Source of the DNA: an uncultured bacterium
GTDB taxonomy: Bacteria; Verrucomicrobiota; Verrucomicrobiia; Limisphaerales; UBA8199
Length of the DNA: 64,000 nt
NCBI GenBank assembly: GCA_963749495.1
Contig: CAVVMW010000014.1
Span: 160,001-224,000, forward strand
Direction: 5' to 3'
The number at the start of each line of letters is the position of its first letter. Within the stretch, counting starts at the first letter, position 1. The notes under the pieces are model-generated. The model made no database searches, was not told the DNA's origin, and worked only from the letters and a program-made list of their open reading frames with translations. Positions 37,706-56,658 of the stretch are shown piece by piece. The position numbers were made by a program, and so were the translations under genes.

Positions 37706-38914
37706 ATGCTCAAGCGATTCTTTGTTAACAACTTTAGAAGCCTGCTGAACGTCGAGTTCAGGCCCGCCGGCATCAATCTGCTCGTTGGCCCGAACAATGC
37801 AGGCAAGACCAATCTCTGTTCTGCTCTGCGTTTTGTCGGAGGCACGAGCGAAGTGGCGCTCGATGCAGCGATGCTCGGGGCCATAGGAGAGCGGTGGAAC
37901 ATCACTAATTTCCATGTGCCGCAAGCGAAGCAGACGGAATTCGAGGTCGAGTGCGAGCTCTCCTATCAGGGCGATCGGCTGCAATTCGCCTACCGCCTGC
38001 GCCTCGAGAGCCTCGGCGCAAGGGCGCGAGGGGAGAGGGCCGAAGCGGAGTCGCTCCGAGTCCTTGAGGAGAGCCTCAAAGCAACGGGTGGCAGGTTTGT
38101 GAACACGGTCCTGCTGGAGAATCACGAGGGTCAGGTCCAGATGCTCCACGAAGAGGGCTTTGTAAAGCATCCGAATGAGCCTTATCGGCCTAGTGCCAAG
38201 ACCGCTACGAATGCGACGATGCTATCGCAGCTCTATGAATTGGAGAATAACCCGCGCGCGATCCTGTTTCGCCGCTACCTCCGCTCGTGGGCCTACTATA
38301 ATTTCAGCCCTGATGCCCTTCGGTCGCCGGATGTGGCGCGCGAGGATGGTCTTCTCCTCTCGAATGGCGCCAACGTGAGCCGCGTCCTCTACGATTTGCA
38401 CAATCAAACGCCGCGGCTCGAGCGAAAGATCATTGACGCTCTCCGAAAAGTCGAACCTAAGCTGGACCTTTTCAGTTTCTTGGCCCCCGATCCCGAACAC
38501 GTGCATCTCTTCGGCGAGGATGAGAAAGGACACCGGTTCAGCACCCGCAGTATGTCCGACGGCACCTTGCGGTTCCTGGCGACGGCTTGTGTAATCCTGT
38601 CGGCTGAACAACAATCCGTGCATAACGGCTTCGCCCCATTAATCATCATCGAGGAACCAGAAAACGGCTTGTACGTGGGGCACCTCAAGCCCCTTCTTCA
38701 GCGTATCGAGCCCGATGGGAAATTCGGCCAGTTCATCTTTACGTCTCACAGTCCCTACTTCGTGGATCTTTTCGATAAGTACCTCGAAGGTCTGCACGTT
38801 CTAAAACCCGGCATCCCCTCCTCAGTCCTCGTTCGTCCGGACGCTGGGAAGCTGAAGCCGCTTCTCGAGGACCTGACCCTTGGGGAGCTTCACTTTCAGG
38901 AAATGCTCGCATGA
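37706..38914 (+). CDS. ABC-type ATPase (AAA_21/AAA_15-like)
   Basis: NNFRSL, GPNNAGKTN Walker A, MSDGTLRF signature, IIEEPENGL Walker B, TSHSP. Confidence 0.88.
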   Translation: MLKRFFVNNFRSLLNVEFRPAGINLLVGPNNAGKTNLCSALRFVGGTSEVALDAAMLGAIGERWNITNFHVPQAKQTEFEVECELSYQGDRLQFAYRLRLESLGARARGERAEAESLRVLEESLKATGGRFVNTVLLENHEGQVQMLHEEGFVKHPNEPYRPSAKTATNATMLSQLYELENNPRAILFRRYLRSWAYYNFSPDALRSPDVAREDGLLLSNGANVSRVLYDLHNQTPRLERKIIDALRKVEPKLDLFSFLAPDPEHVHLFGEDEKGHRFSTRSMSDGTLRFLATACVILSAEQQSVHNGFAPLIIIEEPENGLYVGHLKPLLQRIEPDGKFGQFIFTSHSPYFVDLFDKYLEGLHVLKPGIPSSVLVRPDAGKLKPLLEDLTLGELHFQEMLA

Positions 38915-39471
38915 AAATCGCCTTTTGCGTCGAAGGCAGCGCTGACCGCGCCATCCTGCAAGGTTTGCGCAACCGCTGGTGTCCCCAAGCTGACCTCCTT
39001 GAGGGACGCTTCCGCGGGCAGCTTCCCCGCAGCCAAATACGTAAGGAATGCAGAATACTCACGGATAAAGGGGTGGACCTGATCATCTTTCTGCGAGATT
39101 CCAATCTGGAAAACTGGCGTGATGTGCTCAAAAACGATCAGGAAAAGTGTCCTCCCGAGTTCCGTCACCGGGCACTATTCGGAGTGTGTGATCGGAATGC
39201 CGAGTGCTGGCTTGCCACAGATGCAGATCACCTTGCCGCCCGGTTAGGACGCTCTCGGAATGAGCTGAGCACCGAGGATCCTTCGCCGGTCGTTAAATCA
39301 GGGTTTGGCCTGGTCGGCTTTGATAAGGAGGAAAAGGAACCAGACCTGGCCGCCTACGTCCGAACTGCCCCTATCAGGAACTGGCTCCGCAATAAATCGT
39401 TTGAGCAGTTCTATGAGCAGGTGTGGCAAAAGAGCAAGGAACTTGGCTGCCAAATCGAGAACCTGAGATAG
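38911..39471 (+). CDS. TOPRIM-like partner protein (DUF4276-like)
   Basis: ATGA-coupled to the ATPase; CVEGSAD, FLRDSN, AECWLA, KSFEQF. Confidence 0.7.
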   Translation: MKIAFCVEGSADRAILQGLRNRWCPQADLLEGRFRGQLPRSQIRKECRILTDKGVDLIIFLRDSNLENWRDVLKNDQEKCPPEFRHRALFGVCDRNAECWLATDADHLAARLGRSRNELSTEDPSPVVKSGFGLVGFDKEEKEPDLAAYVRTAPIRNWLRNKSFEQFYEQVWQKSKELGCQIENLR

Positions 39472-39489
39472 CCCATGAGGCCGGCGGAC

Positions 39490-39523
39490 AAAAAAAGGAG
39501 CATCCGGGGGGGCCGGATGCTCC
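39490..39523 (-). terminator. Rho-independent terminator after rpoC
   Basis: GGAGCATCCGG/CCGGATGCTCC stem followed by T7 on the minus strand. Confidence 0.85.
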
Positions 39524-39544
39524 TGGTGCAGGAACGGGGCGGTG

Positions 39545-43699
<4,155 letters not shown>

Positions 43700-43730
43700 A
43701 AAGATAGAGTCTCGGTTTTGCGTTCACACC

Positions 43731-47615
<3,885 letters not shown>

Positions 47616-47775
47616 TGGAACCTTTACTGCAAGGGCCGGCCCTGCGGCCGGACCCTTGACTCTACAGATAAACGACACAAGGCAAGAACGCCGCGTTCAA
47701 TGGCGAACTTGCCAAAACTCAAACCACCGTGGGGTGGTCGCGCTGATGAACTGATTCTAATCTAGCTCTTTCCTC

Positions 47776-48162
47776 TTACTTCATTTCGACCTTGGCGCCC
47801 GCGTCTTCAAGTTTCTTTTTCGCCGCGTCCGAGTCGGCCTTGTTGGCCCCTTCCAGGATCGGCTTGGGGGCGCCCTCGACCAAGGCCTTGGCCTCCGCCA
47901 GACCCAGTCCGGCCTTGACCTCGCGCACCGCCTTGATGACGGCTATCTTCTTGTCCGGAAGCACCGAGGTGAGGATGACGTCGAACATCGTCTTGGCCTC
48001 GGCGGGGGCCGCCGCGGCCCCTGCGGGAGCGGGACCGGCCGCCACCACGGGCGCTGCCGCACTGACTCCCCACTTGGTTTCCAGTTCTTTGACCAGGCCG
48101 GCGATTTCCAGGATCGTCGCGCTGCTCAGTTCTTCTACGATCTTTGCTGTATCCAGAGCCAT
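47776..48162 (-). CDS. rplL: 50S ribosomal protein L7/L12
   Basis: [10 protein letters not shown]...[10 protein letters not shown]...[12 protein letters not shown]. Confidence 0.98.
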   Translation of the reverse strand: MALDTAKIVEELSSATILEIAGLVKELETKWGVSAAAPVVAAGPAPAGAAAAPAEAKTMFDVILTSVLPDKKIAVIKAVREVKAGLGLAEAKALVEGAPKPILEGANKADSDAAKKKLEDAGAKVEMK

Positions 48163-48306
48163 AGTTGCCTTTCATTGCGTCTCGTCGTCGCCCCGGACCC
48201 TGGGCGGTTTGAGTTCGCGGCCGCGAACCGGCGATTTACGCTGTTGTTTGTTGTATCCGGCCCCGCCTGGCTGGGCGGGCCCGAAAGTGTCATTGACTTT
48301 ATTCTC

Positions 48307-48858
48307 TCAGGATGCGGCGGCTGCCGGTTGAGGGGCCGCCTCCGGGGCGCCCAGTTTGTCCTGGCGGGCTTGGAGCACGCGGGCCATCTGTGTGGCCGGT
48401 GTGTTGAGCAGGCGGACCAGGGTAGTGGCCGGGGCGGCCAGCAGGCCCAGCAACTTGGCCCGCAGGGCATCCAGGGACGGCAGGTCGGCCAGGGCCATGA
48501 TCTCGGGCTGGCCCAGGCGCTGGTTGTCCAGGTAGCCGAACTGGACCTTGAGCCGGTCCAACTCGGTCCCGTAAGTCTTGATGACCTTGGCAGCCGTGGA
48601 GATGTCGCGTTTGCCGGTCACCACGGCCAATTGGCCGCCCAGGGCGCCGTCGAAGCCGCTCACCCCGGCCTCCTTGGCGGCGATGCGGAAGATGGAGTTC
48701 TTCACCACGTGCACCTCCGCCCCCGCCTTGGTCAGGCGCTTGCGCAGTTCGGTAATCTGGCTCACCTTCAGGCCTTTGTATTCCACCACGATGAAAAAGG
48801 GCGAGGCATTGAGGCGCGCCACATATTCCTTGGTCAGGTATTGTTTTTCGGGACGCAT
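48307..48858 (-). CDS. rplJ: 50S ribosomal protein L10
   Basis: YKGLKVSQITELRKRL, VVKNS, LADLPS; synteny. Confidence 0.97.
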   Translation of the reverse strand: MRPEKQYLTKEYVARLNASPFFIVVEYKGLKVSQITELRKRLTKAGAEVHVVKNSIFRIAAKEAGVSGFDGALGGQLAVVTGKRDISTAAKVIKTYGTELDRLKVQFGYLDNQRLGQPEIMALADLPSLDALRAKLLGLLAAPATTLVRLLNTPATQMARVLQARQDKLGAPEAAPQPAAAAS

Positions 48859-48881
48859 GTCTTGGAAAGGGTTGTGATGGT

Positions 48882-49574
48882 TCAGGCCATGAATTCCTTG
48901 AGGTCAAGCCTCACGGGCGGGCTCATCGTGGCCGAAAGGGTGCAACTGCTCACGTAGTTGCCCTTGACGCTGTGCGGCCGGGCCCGCAGGACCGCCTCGA
49001 TAACGGACCGGGCATTGTCCTGGATCTGGACCGGCGTGAAGGCCGCCTTGCCGACGGGAACATGGACATTGCCCGCCTTGTCGGTCTTGTACTCGACCCG
49101 CCCGGCCTTGACCTCTTTGACCGCCCGGCCGGTATCGTCGGTGACCGTGCCGGTCTTGGGGTTGGGCATCAAGCCGCGCGGGCCCAGGACCTTGCCCAGC
49201 TTGCGCACCTCGCCCATCGCCTCCGGCGTGGCTACCGCAACGTCGAAATCCGCCCAGCCCTCCTGGCACTTCTTGATCATGTCCTCGAAGCCGACATATT
49301 CGGCCCCGGCCGCCTTGGCGGCCTCGGCGGCGGGACCGCTCTTGGCAAAGACCAACACCCGGACCACCTTGCCGCTGCCGTGCGGCAGCGGGACCGTGCC
49401 GCGGACCATCTGGTCCGATTGCTTGGGGTCCACGGCCAGGCGGAAGGCCAGATCAACGGTCTCATTGAACTTGGCCTTCGGAAACTTGGCCAGCAGTTCC
49501 ACGGCGGACTTGAGCGGATAGGTCTTCTTCCCATCCACCATTTCAAGGGCTTTTCTGTAACGTTTGCTTGGCAT
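48882..49574 (-). CDS. rplA: 50S ribosomal protein L1
   Basis: VRGTVPLPHGSG, LGPRGLMPNPKTGT. Confidence 0.98.
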   Translation of the reverse strand: MPSKRYRKALEMVDGKKTYPLKSAVELLAKFPKAKFNETVDLAFRLAVDPKQSDQMVRGTVPLPHGSGKVVRVLVFAKSGPAAEAAKAAGAEYVGFEDMIKKCQEGWADFDVAVATPEAMGEVRKLGKVLGPRGLMPNPKTGTVTDDTGRAVKEVKAGRVEYKTDKAGNVHVPVGKAAFTPVQIQDNARSVIEAVLRARPHSVKGNYVSSCTLSATMSPPVRLDLKEFMA

Positions 49575-49584
49575 GTTTTCGGTT

Positions 49585-49624
49585 GCGGTGCGACCGGGCC
49601 CCGGCTTGCCGGGACCCTCCCGCG
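49585..49624 (-). promoter_or_regulatory. Probable L1-binding autoregulatory leader upstream of rplA
   Basis: Minus strand GCGGGAG-GGTCCCGGCAAGCCGGGGCC-...ACCGC hairpin resembles the L1 site mimic. Confidence 0.55.
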
Positions 49625-49655
49625 GTGATGTGTTATTGATTATGGAACAAAAGCG

Positions 49656-50081
49656 CTATCCGACGACTTCAATACCCATGCTGCGGGCGGTGCCGGCCAC
49701 GACGCGGAAGGCGGCCTCCTCCGAGGTCGCGTTCAAATCTCTCATCTTGATCTTCACGATTTCCAGGACTTGTTTGCGAGTGACCTTGCCGACCTTTTCC
49801 TTGTTGGGTTCCTTGGAGCCGACGGTGATGTTGGCGGCCTTCTTGAGCAGGACCGAGGCCGGGGGAGACTTGGTGATAAAACTGAAGGACTTGTCGGCAT
49901 AGACGGTGATGACGACCGGGATGATCATGCCCGGCTGGTCCTTGGTCTTGGCATTGAACTCTTTGCAAAACGCCATGATGTTGACGCCGTGCTGGCCGAG
50001 GGCAGGGCCGACGGGCGGGGCAGGGTTGGCCTGGCCTGCGGGGATCTGCAGCTTGATTTGTCCGGTGATTTTCTTTGCCAT
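49656..50081 (-). CDS. rplK: 50S ribosomal protein L11
   Basis: [26 protein letters not shown]. Confidence 0.98.
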   Translation of the reverse strand: MAKKITGQIKLQIPAGQANPAPPVGPALGQHGVNIMAFCKEFNAKTKDQPGMIIPVVITVYADKSFSFITKSPPASVLLKKAANITVGSKEPNKEKVGKVTRKQVLEIVKIKMRDLNATSEEAAFRVVAGTARSMGIEVVG

Positions 50082-50106
50082 AATTCAGTGTCGGCTATCG
50101 TTGTGA

Positions 50107-50197
50107 TTCGTCATTGGTCATTGGTCATTTGCCGCGCCACATTCCAGCCCGGCTCCGGCTCTTGCACTCCGCACTCCGCACTCCGCACTCCGCATTC
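50107..50197. repeat. Heptamer repeats (GTCATTG)n and (GCACTCC)n between nusG and rplK
   Basis: Seen directly. Confidence 0.85.
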
Positions 50198-50200
50198 GAT

Positions 50201-50749
50201 TCACCCCTTCTCCACCTGCCAATACTCCAGTTCGACTGGTGTGTTGCGGCCGAAAATGTTGACCGTGACCTTGAGTTTGCCGCGTTCGGGCTCGACCTCT
50301 TCGATGATGCCGCTGAAGTTGAGGAACGGGCCGTTGTTAATCTTGACGGTCTCGCCGACATCGAAGCTGACTTTGGGTTTCTCATGCTCCTCGGAGGCGG
50401 AGATCTGGTTCTTGATGGACTCGACCTCCTCGGCCGGGGTGGGGGTGGGTGGTTCGCCCCCCACAAAGCCGATGACACCCGGGGTCTCTTTGATGAAATA
50501 CCACGGCTTCTCGATGATGCGGTTGTTCTCGTCCAGCAGGGCCATGTCCACGAACACGTAGCCGGGCCAGAGCTTGCGAGTCGAGACGGTCTTTTTCTGG
50601 TTGCGCACCTCGACCACTTTCTCCATGGGGACCATCACTTCCTTGATGTAGTCGCCCATCTCTTCGGGTTTGATGCGCTTCTCGATGCCCTCTTTGACCT
50701 TCTGCTCCTGTCCGGACAGGGTATGAATGACAAACCACTGGCTTCGCAT
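50201..50749 (-). CDS. nusG: Transcription factor NusG
   Basis: WFVIHTLSGQE, PGYVFV, KOW motif GPF, IFGRNTPVEL. Confidence 0.98.
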   Translation of the reverse strand: MRSQWFVIHTLSGQEQKVKEGIEKRIKPEEMGDYIKEVMVPMEKVVEVRNQKKTVSTRKLWPGYVFVDMALLDENNRIIEKPWYFIKETPGVIGFVGGEPPTPTPAEEVESIKNQISASEEHEKPKVSFDVGETVKINNGPFLNFSGIIEEVEPERGKLKVTVNIFGRNTPVELEYWQVEKG

Positions 50750-50785
50750 ACGTCAATACGTCGCTGGGTAGGCCGAGGGCGAACG

Positions 50786-51052
50786 TCAGGCGATCGAGTC
50801 CATCCAGCGGACGATTACTGTGAAGATAAAGTCCGACAGGATCGTGAAGGCCCCCAGCAGGATAATCGAGATGCCCACGACCACAGTCGAGCCTTTCAGC
50901 TCTTCCCAGGTCGGCCAGGTGCACTTGCGCAATTCCTCGCGCGTCTGCTGGATGTAATCCTTGAAGCGCACCACGTGGCCCTTGCGCCACAGCCACAGGA
51001 ACACGCCGCCCACGATGACGGCCCAAACGACTATCCAGATTGTTTCTTGCAT
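50786..51052 (-). CDS. secE: Preprotein translocase SecE
   Basis: ELRKCTWPT plus a TM helix; synteny. Confidence 0.93.
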   Translation of the reverse strand: MQETIWIVVWAVIVGGVFLWLWRKGHVVRFKDYIQQTREELRKCTWPTWEELKGSTVVVGISIILLGAFTILSDFIFTVIVRWMDSIA

Positions 51053-51061
51053 ATAGTTTGT

Positions 51062-51152
51062 TGGCGGAGAGGGAGGGATTCGAACCCCCGTCGGCGGTTC
51101 ACGCCGAAGCGGTTTTCAAGACCGCCGCAATAGACCACTCTGCCACCTCTCC
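51062..51152 (-). tRNA. tRNA-Ser(TGA)
   Basis: GGAGAGG acceptor stem, CT-TGA-AA loop, long variable arm, GTTCGAATC, CCA end. Confidence 0.95.
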
Positions 51153-51164
51153 GGCATCGACAGT

Positions 51165-51240
51165 TGGCAGGGCGGGAGGGACTCGAACCCCCAACCGACG
51201 GTTTTGGAGACCGCTACTCTACCAATTGAGCTACCGCCCT
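51165..51240 (-). tRNA. tRNA-Trp(CCA)
   Basis: AGGGCGG acceptor stem, CT-CCA-AA loop, GTTCGAGTC, CCA end. Confidence 0.96.
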
Positions 51241-51328
51241 ACGCTCTGTCCTGCCGTCGAGTTACATCTTGCGTTTCTCAGGCGAGGGGGCGGGTGCTGG
51301 CCGCTTGCCCCGCCGGCTCCAAAACCGC

Positions 51329-52519
<1,191 letters not shown>

Positions 52520-52584
52520 TGCTCTCTCCTGGTGTTGTTGTCGCTGTCTTGTGCGTTATTTAATTTGATTTGATCTCATTAAAC

Positions 52585-52660
52585 TGGAGCCCATGATCAG
52601 GGTTGAACTGATGACCTCGTCCTTACCAAGGACGCGCTCTGCCAACTGAGCTACATGGGC
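52585..52660 (-). tRNA. tRNA-Thr(GGT)
   Basis: GCCCATG acceptor stem, TT-GGT-AA loop, GTTCAACC, CCA end. Confidence 0.95.
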
Positions 52661-52835
52661 CCGCGCCCCAAGTGCCTTCGGGGCCAGCCAAATCCGATCT
52701 GTCTTTCATGCTGAAACCAATAAACGACAAAGACCCATTGCCCCTCCTTTTTCCTTTTTCGAAGGCTGGGGGCTACGGACTTTCGACTTTTACGGCCCAA
52801 TGACAGCCGCAAATTACGGGACTGCCGCCAGGATG

Positions 52836-53855
52836 TCAATGGGGTTTATCATTTTTTTTAGGGCCAAAAAAACCCGGCCCGCCGGACCCTCCTCGCCCCT
52901 TCCGCCATGCCACCCTGGGCGGCTCCGGCAGCCCCTGCGCCCTGAGTGCCGTGCGGAAATGCACCTTGGCCACTTTCGGCAGGTTCTGGGCGCCATACCG
53001 GGCCACAAACTCCCGCGCTGCCGCATCCACGGCGGCCGACGCCCCCTTGGGCAGTTCCATGCCGAATTCTTTCTGGAGCTTTCCCAGCCTTGTGACAAAC
53101 TCATGCCGGGCCAGGATGGACGCCGCCGCCACTGCCAGGTCCTCTTCCGCCCGGTGTTTCTGGACCAACTCGATGGCGCGGCCAAGGGGCATTAGCGCCC
53201 TGGCCACCGTGTCCTGGCTCGAGGCGAACTGGTCGCTGATGGCCCGGACCGGGGGCGGGACCAAGCGGTGCTTCTGGCCCATGAGGTTTTCGATGGCGCG
53301 CGCATGGCCCCAGGCCAGTATGGCGTTGACGCTCTTGAGCTTGGCGTAGAGGCGGTTGTAGGCCTCGTTTCCGATCGGAATGACCGTGCTGGCGCAGCCG
53401 GCGGTGTTGCGGATCAACTCGGCCAGCTCGCGGATGCGGTTGTCGCTCGAAATGTTCTTGGAATCGCGGATGCCGGAGTCTTTCCAGGCCCGGACGACCG
53501 CCTCGTTCACATAGACGCCGGCGATGCAGAGCGGGCCGAAAAAGTCGCCCTTGCCGCTCTCATCCACCCCGAGGCGTGGCGCCAGCAGGTCCGGGTTCAA
53601 GACCGCCTCATAGCCGAGCCGGGCCTCCCGCAGGATCTCCGGTTCCAGGACGAACTCGACAAACTCCTGCGTGCCCTTGCCTTGGACGACCAGTTTGCCG
53701 CTCTCGTAAAAGACCACGTTGGTCTTGTCTTTCTCGGCGGCAAACCGGGCGTAGGGCACCTGGCGAAAATGGAACTGACGGGCCTCCAGCAAGGCCCGCA
53801 ACTCCTCAGCTTGAGCATCCGTCAGCCTGGCGGTGTGTGAAGTCAGAAGTTTCAC
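52836..53855 (-). CDS. rnhC: Ribonuclease HIII
   Basis: N-terminal YESGKLVVQG domain; GVDESGKGDFFGP, DSK, AAASILAR. Confidence 0.93.
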   Translation of the reverse strand: MKLLTSHTARLTDAQAEELRALLEARQFHFRQVPYARFAAEKDKTNVVFYESGKLVVQGKGTQEFVEFVLEPEILREARLGYEAVLNPDLLAPRLGVDESGKGDFFGPLCIAGVYVNEAVVRAWKDSGIRDSKNISSDNRIRELAELIRNTAGCASTVIPIGNEAYNRLYAKLKSVNAILAWGHARAIENLMGQKHRLVPPPVRAISDQFASSQDTVARALMPLGRAIELVQKHRAEEDLAVAAASILARHEFVTRLGKLQKEFGMELPKGASAAVDAAAREFVARYGAQNLPKVAKVHFRTALRAQGLPEPPRVAWRKGRGGSGGPGFFGPKKNDKPH

Positions 53856-53958
53856 TGGCGCGCCTTCGTTTTTCGTGGGAGAGCCTTAACCCGCCCCGGC
53901 CCGCCAGTCAACCTTGAACCAGCCCAGGCGCGCGACCGGGGCGCTCTTGACACTGCCC

Positions 53959-54060
53959 CCGGAGTGCGCCCGTCCCCGGGCGCAGCAGCGACGGAGCGGG
54001 CAGGCGCGCCGGAGTATTCGACCGCTGCCCTGGCTCCGGACGTTGCTGCGCCCGGGGACG
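53959..54060. repeat. REP-like palindrome whose right arm is interrupted by the IS4 element (remainder at 56446-56465)
   Basis: ccggagtgcgcccgtccccgggcgcagca...tgctgcgcccggggacg|ggcgcactccgg. Confidence 0.85.
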
Positions 54061-56445
54061 CTGCACCTTACACGCATTTTCATCGCGCAACCTCCGTTGC
54101 CTGTCGTTGTAATCGCCAGCCCCACGACAAGTCCATTAACCTGCGCAGGCCGCAACCGATACTCTCAGCGCCCGGTTCCCCGTCACCTTTTCTGGCCAAA
54201 TAGCCTCCCAGTCTGCCGACTAGTCTGTTGGCTTCGCCCAGGGTCAGACGCGATGCCTCTTCTCGGCTGAAGTTTTTTTTAGCGCCGCTTGCAATACTTG
54301 TAGTTCTTGCGGCGAATACAGAACGCTGGCGGGCAGTTGCGGCAAAGCTCGCCCCAGTTTAACACAGGCCAAGACCCGCCAAGCCACGATCAAATCGAAG
54401 GCCAGCACCCGCTGAAGATGTTCGGCGGTTTTAAATTCCCGGTGTTCGACTCCGCAGCCGTTCTTAAGCGCGCGATGCCACTCTTCGATGCCCCAGCGAC
54501 GGCAATACCATTGCACTTTCTCCCAGGCCTGTGGGGCGGTCGTGATCGGCATATCGGTCAACAGCATCCAATCAATGGGCTCGGCGCCCGCTGGGGGGTT
54601 GGTCTCGTACCCAAACCGCCCACAGGCTCAACGAGGGCCAACCCTTCTTGCAACCCACGGCGGGGGCCTCAATGGTTACGGAGGACCACCGCACCTGCAC
54701 GTGCGCTGTGCGCGGGGGCTGGCCCCGATGCCGCGGCAGCTTAAGCTCACGGGTCTCGCCTACCGGCTGGCTTTCCATGAAAGCCCACAGTTTTTTGTGG
54801 CAGTCCAGCTTGCGGTCGTGCTGCGCACGGACCAGCGCGTGCAGGTTGTCCGGTCCAATCTGAGTGGCGTCGTACAACTCGTAAAGGTCCCCTTCGCGAT
54901 CGGTGATCACTACCAGTTGCGTTTGGGGCATGCGCCGCGCGGCCGCGCCTGCCCGCTGAAAAGCTTCTATCCAGCGATAGCTTTCCTTTTCATCAATGGA
55001 TTTGGCGTTGCGGCCTCGTCCCGAGGGGTCCGAGGGGCCTTGGGGCGGCCGCGCCCAGCACCGGGCATCCAGCACGCCCAAGGGCACGCCATCGGGGCGA
55101 AAGGCCAGCAGGGTGTGCAGCCACAGACCACGGCCCTTTTCCTCGCCCAAGGATCCCAAGCCGGTGGTCTGCTCCAAGCCGGTGTAGTTAAGCCCGGTAG
55201 TGTCCTGCGGCAGGAGCACCAGCGGCTCGGCCGCCATGCGGGCCTGCGTCGCCTGCTGGTGCGCCTCCAACAGCCGCTCCAGACTGATTTCCTGGCTCTC
55301 GTGCTCGATCAACCCATAGGCCGCCTTGGCCGGAGACCAGGAGCTAAAGCTGCCGTAGAAGCTGGCTTGCGGCTGCTGCCAACGGGCTTCCAGGATTTTG
55401 ACGGCGCGGTGCTGGCGGCGCTGGTCGCCTAAATCCAGTCCCGCCATCTCGTAAGCGCACCAATCCTCCTGCGCCAGACTTTGCTCCAGGTGCTGCGGGC
55501 TGAGCGCCGGCGGCACTTCGGTCTGTAGGTGCTGGCGAGCCCCTCTGATCCACTGGGAACACCCAAACGTCCTTCAAGCTCTTAACCGGCCTGTCTGGGC
55601 CAGCCGGCCACGCCCCGTGCTGACTCCCACCCGCAACCAATTGGCCGCGCTGAAGCACCGCCCCGTGAACTTGGAGCGATCCACGTAGGTTTCGACTAAC
55701 TGCGGTCGGCTCCCATAACGCGCCTGCCAATCCTGCGCCAGCCGCGCCAGGGCCAAACTCAACACCTTGGAGGTCAAATTGGTGCAGTGCACCTCCTTGC
55801 GAATGAGCAGTCGCGATAAACCGATTACCTCGCGCAAGTGGCCCAAACGAGCCGCTGTGGACCAGCCAATCCACTGGTCGCGCGAGGCTAACGCAAAGGC
55901 GGGGGGTCCAAAACCCAGCGCTCCCAGCCAGCCATGGTCGCTGCCGATCAGGTAGCGAAGTTGGGCTCCCACCAGCGGGGCGTCGCCGCAGGGATGCTGC
56001 GCGATAATCAAATCGTTCCACAGCCCATGCAGCGGGTCCTCCTGCCCGCTCAACAAATGCAGCCGCAGCCCTTGGATCTGATCGACGCGCCGCGGCACCC
56101 CGTGCAAGGGTGGCAGCTCCTGGCCGCTAGCTCGCAACCGATGTCGGGCTTTGCCCCTGGCCTGGCGCAGCACCAGAATTCCGCGCTTCTGCAGTTTGCG
56201 CAGCGCCACCTTGGCACTGGACAAGGCCAGCCGCCCGTCCGGCCGATACCACGCCAGCAGCCCACAGGCCTCCCGGGCCAGTGTATTACCCGTAGGCTCG
56301 GGTTCCTGCCGGGCCAGTTGGTTGAGGTGTTCCACAACTTCAGGGCGAAATTCGCGCCCGCAGACGACGATTGGCTCTTGCATCCCCATCTTCTGCCGGA
56401 ATTCGCGAAGGTTGTCTAGCGGAAAAAAATGCGTGTAAGGTGCAG
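54061..56445 (-). mobile_element. IS4-family (IS50-like) element
   Basis: Perfect 20-bp terminal inverted repeats CTGCACCTTACACGCATTTT; 8-bp target duplication CGGGGACG (54053-54060, 56446-56453). Confidence 0.92.
54080..56389 (-). pseudogene. DUF4338 (DruA-like)-fused IS4/Tn5-type transposase, split over several frames
   Basis: LVGAQLRY...RDQWIGW...ETYVD...SAANW; LGDQRR...QDTT...KESYRW...DREGD; YCRRWGIEEWHRALKNGC; LGGYLARKGDGEPG. Confidence 0.85.
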
Positions 56446-56658
56446 CGGGGACGGGCGCACTCCGGCCCGGCCCCGGCGTTGGAAGACCGGGGGCCCTCTT
56501 GTCCCTTCCATCATGCTCTCGCCCCTCGCGACAAAAAGCTCAGCCGAAATCGCGGAATGCCGATAACAGGGCAGAGCAGCCGAATCGGGCGGGCGGGCGT
56601 TTGCAGCAGTCCACCAGGCCAATAATCGGTTCGGCAGCGGCTCGAGCAGCAGTATGCA

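Noticed and set aside
55574..56389. Druantia defence system
   Set aside because: The DUF4338 domain lies inside IS4 inverted repeats and no other dru genes are present
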